DNA of 64,000 bases from Clostridia bacterium (GTDB lineage: Bacteria; CBDUZB01; JAGLHV01). Made by a program: the position numbers and the translations under genes. Shown here piece after piece: positions 58,376 to 64,000 of this stretch. The notes beneath the pieces are model-generated. The model was given only the letters and a program-made list of their open reading frames with translations, made no database searches and was not told where the DNA came from. The stretch spans positions 1 to 64,000 of the forward strand of contig DAOVVV010000005.1 of NCBI GenBank assembly GCA_030637025.1, written 5' to 3'. The first letter of the stretch is position 1; the number at the start of each line of letters is the position of its first letter.

Positions 58376-60469
58376 TTGGGAATAATTGGTAGGATAATAC
58401 TTTTTCTGATAAAGGGAATGCTTATAGCTGTTTGTTTTAGTGGGCGTATTTATGCCCGTGATACCATTGATAAAATTGTTAATCTTATGGAGGAAAATCA
58501 AAGATTAGACCGGGAAATTATTAAGTTAATGAGGTTTGAATTATCCAACGAGGTGAAAAATACACCGAAACTTATGCTAAAAGATAATTATAACCGTTTG
58601 TGGATGTTTAAATTTTATAAATCATCTGTTCCTGTGAATAATTCAATAGCAGCATATCAAACAGCTTCTTTGTGCGGAGTTCAAACTCCCTGTATTTATG
58701 AAGTTATGCTTCCTTTTAATGGCAAATTGGTTTATGGTTCAATTCAGAGCTTTGTAAATGATGCCCGCACAATTAGTAGTATATATCCATGGATGTTATC
58801 AAAAAAACAGATTAAAATAATGCAACGGTGTCAGGTTTTTGATTATTTTATTTGTAACCCGGATATTGGAGGAGATAATTTTCTCATAAAATTAGATAAA
58901 CGGGGGAGTTATCTTTCAGATATAAAAAAAGGAGATATTATCGCAGTGGATAAAGATACTTCTTTTTATAAAATATTCAATTCTCCTTATGATGGTATAT
59001 GGAATGATAATGATCCCTACTACAAGCGGATATGGGAAGCTTATACAGAAGAAAAAATAGATGTTGATTTTTCAGGAAGTTTTCAATTAATAGATTATAT
59101 TCAGCAGATTGATGCGGAAAGAATAGAGGATTTATTAAGGCCTTTTTTTCGCGGACGGGAAACATTTTTAAAAGAGGTAATTTCCCGCAAAGATAAATTG
59201 AGGAGTACCTTTGAGAAATTTTATCAGGACCTGGCAAATAAAAGAGGAGAACATTTTCAATCTCAAATAGTAAATAAAGAAGAATATGCACGAATTGTTT
59301 TAAAGAAAATAAAGAAAATTGTTTCACAGAAAAAGAAACGGTTTAAATATTTACAATCCGAATCTAAAGAAAAGCAAAAAAACATTGAAATAATATTTCA
59401 TCGGGAAGGATTTAATAAAGCAGAAGGGTTAGAGAATGTTTTAAGAAAAGATATCGATATTAAAGCACGCAAGGTTTTGGAAGAACTTAAAATGTTAAGG
59501 AAAAACAGTTTAAATCTTTATGAGAAATTGGCTCTTAGCTTATATATTTATGAGGTTGAGAATGTTTTGAGGAGAAGGCCCCTTGAGTTTTTTCTTAATA
59601 ACCATCCGCTAGAGAAGATTGATAAAGATGCTAATAATATCAATGTGGCTTTTTGGGAATATACTTTCAGAACTTTTTATGGATTATCCCGCCGGATACA
59701 CGGGAAGATTTTAAAAGATTTTGATTATCATTCACAGGATATTTTAAAGCATTTGAATTTTATTCAAAGTCCGGTGTACTGGAATGAAAGGAAAATAATT
59801 TTTACAGAATATGAAAAACAAATAGGACATAATTCCGTACTTAAATTTATTGGAGGGATGCTTTTTAATAAGATAGAATATTTAAAGAAAATAAAAGGTG
59901 ATTTTGAATGGAAATATTTGGGAAAAGGGATGATTTACTGGTTATACGAAGAAAGGGATAAAGCAATGCAGGAATATAAAAAAGCAATAACATTGAGCGA
60001 GGATAAGACAATTAAATTTTTCGGATATAGATTGCTTGGGTTTATTAATGAATATAATTATAAAGGAGTTCGTTTTGGCAGGGGATTTAATATAGATGAA
60101 GCAATTGCCAATTATAAAAAAGCTCTTGAGATAAAACCGGGTTCAGTGGAAGCATACCTTAATCTGGGGAGTCTTTATTTAATAAAAAGTGTTCCTGAAG
60201 AGGCTTTGAGGCAATTTAAAGAAATAGAAAGATTAGTACCTCAATATGCAAGAGAACATTTTCATTTGGATAAAATAAAAGAAAAGAATTTGTATGAAAG
60301 TAAAGAAAAGTATTTAGAAGCAATAAGAATGAATACTTTGAGCGGGGAACATCATTATGTATTAGGTTTAGCCTATGCGGTAAAGAGGCAAAGCGAATTA
60401 GCAAAAAAACATTTTGGTCAGGCAAGAAAATTTGGTTATGAAACCCATGTGGGCATAAATGGAAAGTAA
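58376..60469 (+). CDS. Kinase-like + TPR protein, array gene 11
   Basis: Signal ..GRIYA; WMFK, YGSIQSFV, DYFICNPDIGGDNFL, AVDKD; Gly-rich loop absent. Confidence 0.82.
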   Translation: MGIIGRIILFLIKGMLIAVCFSGRIYARDTIDKIVNLMEENQRLDREIIKLMRFELSNEVKNTPKLMLKDNYNRLWMFKFYKSSVPVNNSIAAYQTASLCGVQTPCIYEVMLPFNGKLVYGSIQSFVNDARTISSIYPWMLSKKQIKIMQRCQVFDYFICNPDIGGDNFLIKLDKRGSYLSDIKKGDIIAVDKDTSFYKIFNSPYDGIWNDNDPYYKRIWEAYTEEKIDVDFSGSFQLIDYIQQIDAERIEDLLRPFFRGRETFLKEVISRKDKLRSTFEKFYQDLANKRGEHFQSQIVNKEEYARIVLKKIKKIVSQKKKRFKYLQSESKEKQKNIEIIFHREGFNKAEGLENVLRKDIDIKARKVLEELKMLRKNSLNLYEKLALSLYIYEVENVLRRRPLEFFLNNHPLEKIDKDANNINVAFWEYTFRTFYGLSRRIHGKILKDFDYHSQDILKHLNFIQSPVYWNERKIIFTEYEKQIGHNSVLKFIGGMLFNKIEYLKKIKGDFEWKYLGKGMIYWLYEERDKAMQEYKKAITLSEDKTIKFFGYRLLGFINEYNYKGVRFGRGFNIDEAIANYKKALEIKPGSVEAYLNLGSLYLIKSVPEEALRQFKEIERLVPQYAREHFHLDKIKEKNLYESKEKYLEAIRMNTLSGEHHYVLGLAYAVKRQSELAKKHFGQARKFGYETHVGINGK

Positions 60470-60486
60470 TTGGTGGTACTAATTTA

Positions 60487-62568
60487 GTGAAAATAAAAAA
60501 AACATTATTTTTAATACCGGTTATATTTGGAATAATTTATTTTATTTTGAATATAAACGCGGATAATACGATTGACAGGATTATAAAATTTGCGAATGAA
60601 AATCAAAGATTGGATAAAGAAGTTATTAAATTAATGAAATTTAAGTTATCCAAACAGATAAAAAATGTACATAAAATTATTTTAAAAGATGAAGGAAATC
60701 ACTTATGGTTATTTAAAAGTTATAAGTCTTCCAATTCGGTAAATGAGTCTATAGCAGTGTATCAATTAGCTTGTTTATTGGGAATAAATGTTCCTCCCAT
60801 TTATGAAGTCACACTTCCTATCAATGGGAAGATGGTTTATGGTTCAATCCAGAGGTTTATTGATAATGCAGGGATAGTTAGTTATGTTGTCCCCGGAGAA
60901 TTAACAAAAAAACAAATTAAGGATCTGCAACTCCACCAGATTTTAGACTATTATGTTTGTAATCCTGATGTTGGCGGGGATAATTATCTGGTAAAATTGA
61001 AAGGCGGGGATGATTTTCTTTGGGATATAAAAGAAGAAGATATTATAGGGGTGGACAAGGATGATTCTTTCTATAATATATTGAATAGCCCTTATGATAT
61101 CTGGAATGATAATGATCCCTACTATTGCCGTTTTTGGAATGCTTATATAAAAAAAGAGGTAGACATTAATTTTAACGTTGGGTTTCAATTGATAGATTAC
61201 ATTCATAGTCTTGATATAAAAGAAATAGAACAATTACTAAATCCTTTTTTTTATGGCCGGGAAGAATTGTTGAAAGCAGTACTTTTAGCCAGGGGTGAAT
61301 TAAGAGTTGACTTTGAAAAATTTTACCGGGGAGTAGCAAGTAAAAGGGGACTGCGTTTCCGGTTCCGGAGGAATAAGAAGGGTGCGGAAAAATATGCACA
61401 GTTTGTTTTAGAAAAAATGGATAAAATTATTTCCAAAAAAAAGGAATGGCTCAGATATTTAGAAGCTAATCCGGATAAAAAACAAAAAAACATCGAAGTA
61501 ATATTTCACCGGGAGGGATTTGATAAGATAAGAGCATTAGAGTATGTTTCCGGAAACAATATGGTTGTTAGCGCAAGTAAAGTTTTAAACGAACTTAAAA
61601 TGGCAAGAAGTAATAGTCCGAGTCTTTATGAGAAGTTTGCCCTGAGTTTATATATTTATGAGGTAGAAGATATTTTAAGAGAAAGACCTCTTGAGTGTTT
61701 TCTTAAAGAGCCGATAGAAAATATTGCTATGGATCCCGATGATATCGATATTTGTTCCTGGGAGTACAGCCTTCGAACTTTTTATAAATTACCCCGTCGA
61801 ATATCCTGTAAAACTTTAAAAAAAATTGATTATCATTCATGCGATATTTTAAAACATTTAAGTTTTATCCAGTGTCCAATAGATTGGGATGAACGAAAAA
61901 TTATTTTTGACGAATATAAAAAACAAATTGGTTATAATTCGCTGGTTAAGTTTATTGGAGGGATGCTTTTTAATGAAATAACGTACTTTGAAAAAATAGA
62001 TAATTATTTTCCCTGGAAATACTTAGGGAAAGGGATGCTTTATTGGTTGCGTGAGGAGTGGAATGAATCGGTCAGTGAATATCAAAAAGCAATAAAATTA
62101 CATAACGATAAAACAATTAATTTTCTTGGATATCGGATGCTTGGGTTTATTAAGGAGCATAATTCTAAAAGAGTTCGTTTTGGTGAAGGATTTGGTGTAG
62201 AAGAAGCAATTGCCAATTATAGAGAAGCATTGGCAATTAATCCCTGTTCGGTAGAAGTGCAGCTTAATTTAGCAAGTCTATATTTAATTAAGCAATTACC
62301 TCGGAAAGCATTGGAATCGTTTAAAGCAGTGCAAAAATTAGATTTTAAATATGCAGAAGAAAATTTTCATTTTAAAAACATCAAAAAAATGTCTGAATAT
62401 AAAAGCCGGCAGGAATATTCGGAAGCGGTACGGGTGAATACTTTGAGCGGGGAACATCACTATCTGTTAGGGTTGGCCTGTGCAGTAAAAAAACAGAATA
62501 AGCTGGCAAAAAAATATTTTAATCAAGCAAGAGAATTTGGATATAAAGTCGATGTACATTTGAAATGA
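60487..62568 (+). CDS. Kinase-like + TPR protein, array gene 12 (closest to gene 11)
   Basis: Signal ..LNINA; WLFK, YGSIQRFI, DYYVCNPDVGGDNYL, GVDKD; Gly-rich loop absent. Confidence 0.82.
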   Translation: MKIKKTLFLIPVIFGIIYFILNINADNTIDRIIKFANENQRLDKEVIKLMKFKLSKQIKNVHKIILKDEGNHLWLFKSYKSSNSVNESIAVYQLACLLGINVPPIYEVTLPINGKMVYGSIQRFIDNAGIVSYVVPGELTKKQIKDLQLHQILDYYVCNPDVGGDNYLVKLKGGDDFLWDIKEEDIIGVDKDDSFYNILNSPYDIWNDNDPYYCRFWNAYIKKEVDINFNVGFQLIDYIHSLDIKEIEQLLNPFFYGREELLKAVLLARGELRVDFEKFYRGVASKRGLRFRFRRNKKGAEKYAQFVLEKMDKIISKKKEWLRYLEANPDKKQKNIEVIFHREGFDKIRALEYVSGNNMVVSASKVLNELKMARSNSPSLYEKFALSLYIYEVEDILRERPLECFLKEPIENIAMDPDDIDICSWEYSLRTFYKLPRRISCKTLKKIDYHSCDILKHLSFIQCPIDWDERKIIFDEYKKQIGYNSLVKFIGGMLFNEITYFEKIDNYFPWKYLGKGMLYWLREEWNESVSEYQKAIKLHNDKTINFLGYRMLGFIKEHNSKRVRFGEGFGVEEAIANYREALAINPCSVEVQLNLASLYLIKQLPRKALESFKAVQKLDFKYAEENFHFKNIKKMSEYKSRQEYSEAVRVNTLSGEHHYLLGLACAVKKQNKLAKKYFNQAREFGYKVDVHLK

Positions 62569-62614
62569 AAAGAAGTAAATAACGAGCGGTCGTTTGGTAT
62601 GCCAGGGGAGGATA

Positions 62615-64000
62615 ATGTTTAATTCTATAAAGGGTATTTCAAATAAAAAATACTTATTGTTGATACTAATGATATATACGATATTATCCGGATTATTGTT
62701 AAATACCGACTTACCCATAGTTGATGAAGAACCCTATTATTTTCTGCTATCTCAATCTATTATTTCCGGAGAAGGGTATAGAAATGTATTTTATCCGGAC
62801 AATCCGGTTAACGTGGAATATCCTCCTTTGTATCCGTTATTTATATCACTGATTTTGTTTGTTTCACCTTATGCTATTTTGGGATTACGGATACTTTCCT
62901 TTTTTTTCGGAGCGGGTTCTTTGATTGTTTTTTACTTTTTTGTTTTTTCTGAGTTACCGGGTCCGGGAGGTATTAAGAACCGGAAATTAACCCGGAATTG
63001 TTTTTTTGTATTGTTATTATTTATTACTATAAATCCTTTATTTTTATCTTATTCGGTCAGGATACTAGCGGAAAAATGTTATTTGTTTTTTTCTTTAATA
63101 ACGGTTTTTATGCTGGAGAAGTATATTACCCGGGATAATTCGAATAAATTATATTTAGGGATAGGAACAATTAGTTTGATTTTTGCTTTTTATACAAAGA
63201 CGCTGGGATTGTCCCTGGTGCTGGCGGTGGGATTATATTTTTTTATTAAAAGGAAATATAGAGATATTCTATTAATAGGAAGTGTATTCGGTCTTTCTGT
63301 TTTACCCTGGATAGTCAGAAATATATTGGTATCAGGTGTTCCTTCTGAATATGTAGGCTCTATTATATCAGGGCATAAGGTTTATTCAGTAAATATTTTC
63401 CAATTAATTTTGTTCAATATTATACACTATGGACAATCTATTAAATATGTCTTTTTCCCGGGTTGTTTTTTATCTAAATTAATATGGTATTTTCCGTCTT
63501 TGTTTTCTTTGATGAATATAGAAGACTATTTCAATTTCCCTTTTCCCGGAATGTGTTCTGTGTTCATGGGAGGGATATTAGTATTTGGTTTTTATTTAGA
63601 TACCCGTAATAAATTTTCTTTGATGACAGCTTATACATTGTTTTTTTTCTCGATGCTTTTATTGTGTCCTCCGGACTTTTTTTTAAGGGATGGTAATAAA
63701 TATCTTTATCAAATATTGCCTTTTTTATCGTATTATTTCATAAGTGGATTTTTTGGGATTGGCCGAAAAATAAATTTTTTACATTTTATTGCAAAAAAAA
63801 TAATTGTAGGGATTTTTATATTGATTTTAATAATTCCTAACTTAATTTGCGATTTTTATTTAATAAGAGGGAATATTAACTGCCTGGCAAATACTAAAAA
63901 ATTATCCAAAGAAGAAAAAATAGATTATTATGCTCCGTGGTTTAATGTATATTTTATGACTGCTTCCTGGGTGAAAGAGAAGTTGCCTTTAGATGCTTGT
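62615..64000 (+). CDS. GT-C membrane glycosyltransferase (family A), 3'-truncated by the window edge; absent from the ORF track
   Basis: ATG 62615 follows GGGGAGG; translates MFNSIKGISNKKYLLLILMIYTILSGLLLNTDLPIVDEEPYYFLLSQSIISGEGYRNVFYPDNPVNVEYPPLYP, matching family A. Confidence 0.82.
   Translation, partial: MFNSIKGISNKKYLLLILMIYTILSGLLLNTDLPIVDEEPYYFLLSQSIISGEGYRNVFYPDNPVNVEYPPLYPLFISLILFVSPYAILGLRILSFFFGAGSLIVFYFFVFSELPGPGGIKNRKLTRNCFFVLLLFITINPLFLSYSVRILAEKCYLFFSLITVFMLEKYITRDNSNKLYLGIGTISLIFAFYTKTLGLSLVLAVGLYFFIKRKYRDILLIGSVFGLSVLPWIVRNILVSGVPSEYVGSIISGHKVYSVNIFQLILFNIIHYGQSIKYVFFPGCFLSKLIWYFPSLFSLMNIEDYFNFPFPGMCSVFMGGILVFGFYLDTRNKFSLMTAYTLFFFSMLLLCPPDFFLRDGNKYLYQILPFLSYYFISGFFGIGRKINFLHFIAKKIIVGIFILILIIPNLICDFYLIRGNINCLANTKKLSKEEKIDYYAPWFNVYFMTASWVKEKLPLDAC

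Noticed and set aside
34862-62568. HipA-type toxin-antitoxin or toxin-immunity array
   Set aside because: There are no small antitoxin, HTH or immunity genes between paralogs, and the proteins carry signal peptides and TPR tails.
1279-62718. The many 60-127 aa ORFs on the minus strand or in alternative + frames
   Set aside because: They lie inside or largely overlap long motif-bearing genes, have no recognisable motifs, and are typical shadow ORFs.

Overview
AT-rich bacterial DNA (about 30% GC by eye, not computed) in which every credible gene lies on the + strand, tightly packed, with both ends cut mid-gene. It looks like one very large cell-envelope modification locus. The first ~35 kb holds GT-C (PMT/ArnT-like) membrane glycosyltransferases, most fused to C-terminal TPRs. 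It also holds GT2 and GT9 enzymes, an AsnB-like amidotransferase, a CDP-tyvelose-epimerase-like SDR, two B12-binding radical SAM enzymes, a divergent Tes/MJ0619-like radical SAM enzyme, IlvE, a UbiA prenyltransferase and a tandem pair of exported transglutaminase-like proteins. From 34.9 to 62.6 kb there is a tandem array of 12 paralogous genes, with a 13th at the left edge and one decayed remnant. Each array gene encodes signal peptide + atypical kinase-like domain (PI4K-II/HipA/CotH-type motifs) + helical region + TPR. This array shows diversified catalytic loops, one double-kinase fusion and patchy DNA homogenisation between neighbours; it is the best candidate for an undescribed system. 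Two small palindromic repeat/MITE families sit between genes. No rRNA, tRNA, CRISPR array or transposase was seen. All family calls come from motif reading, not database searches.
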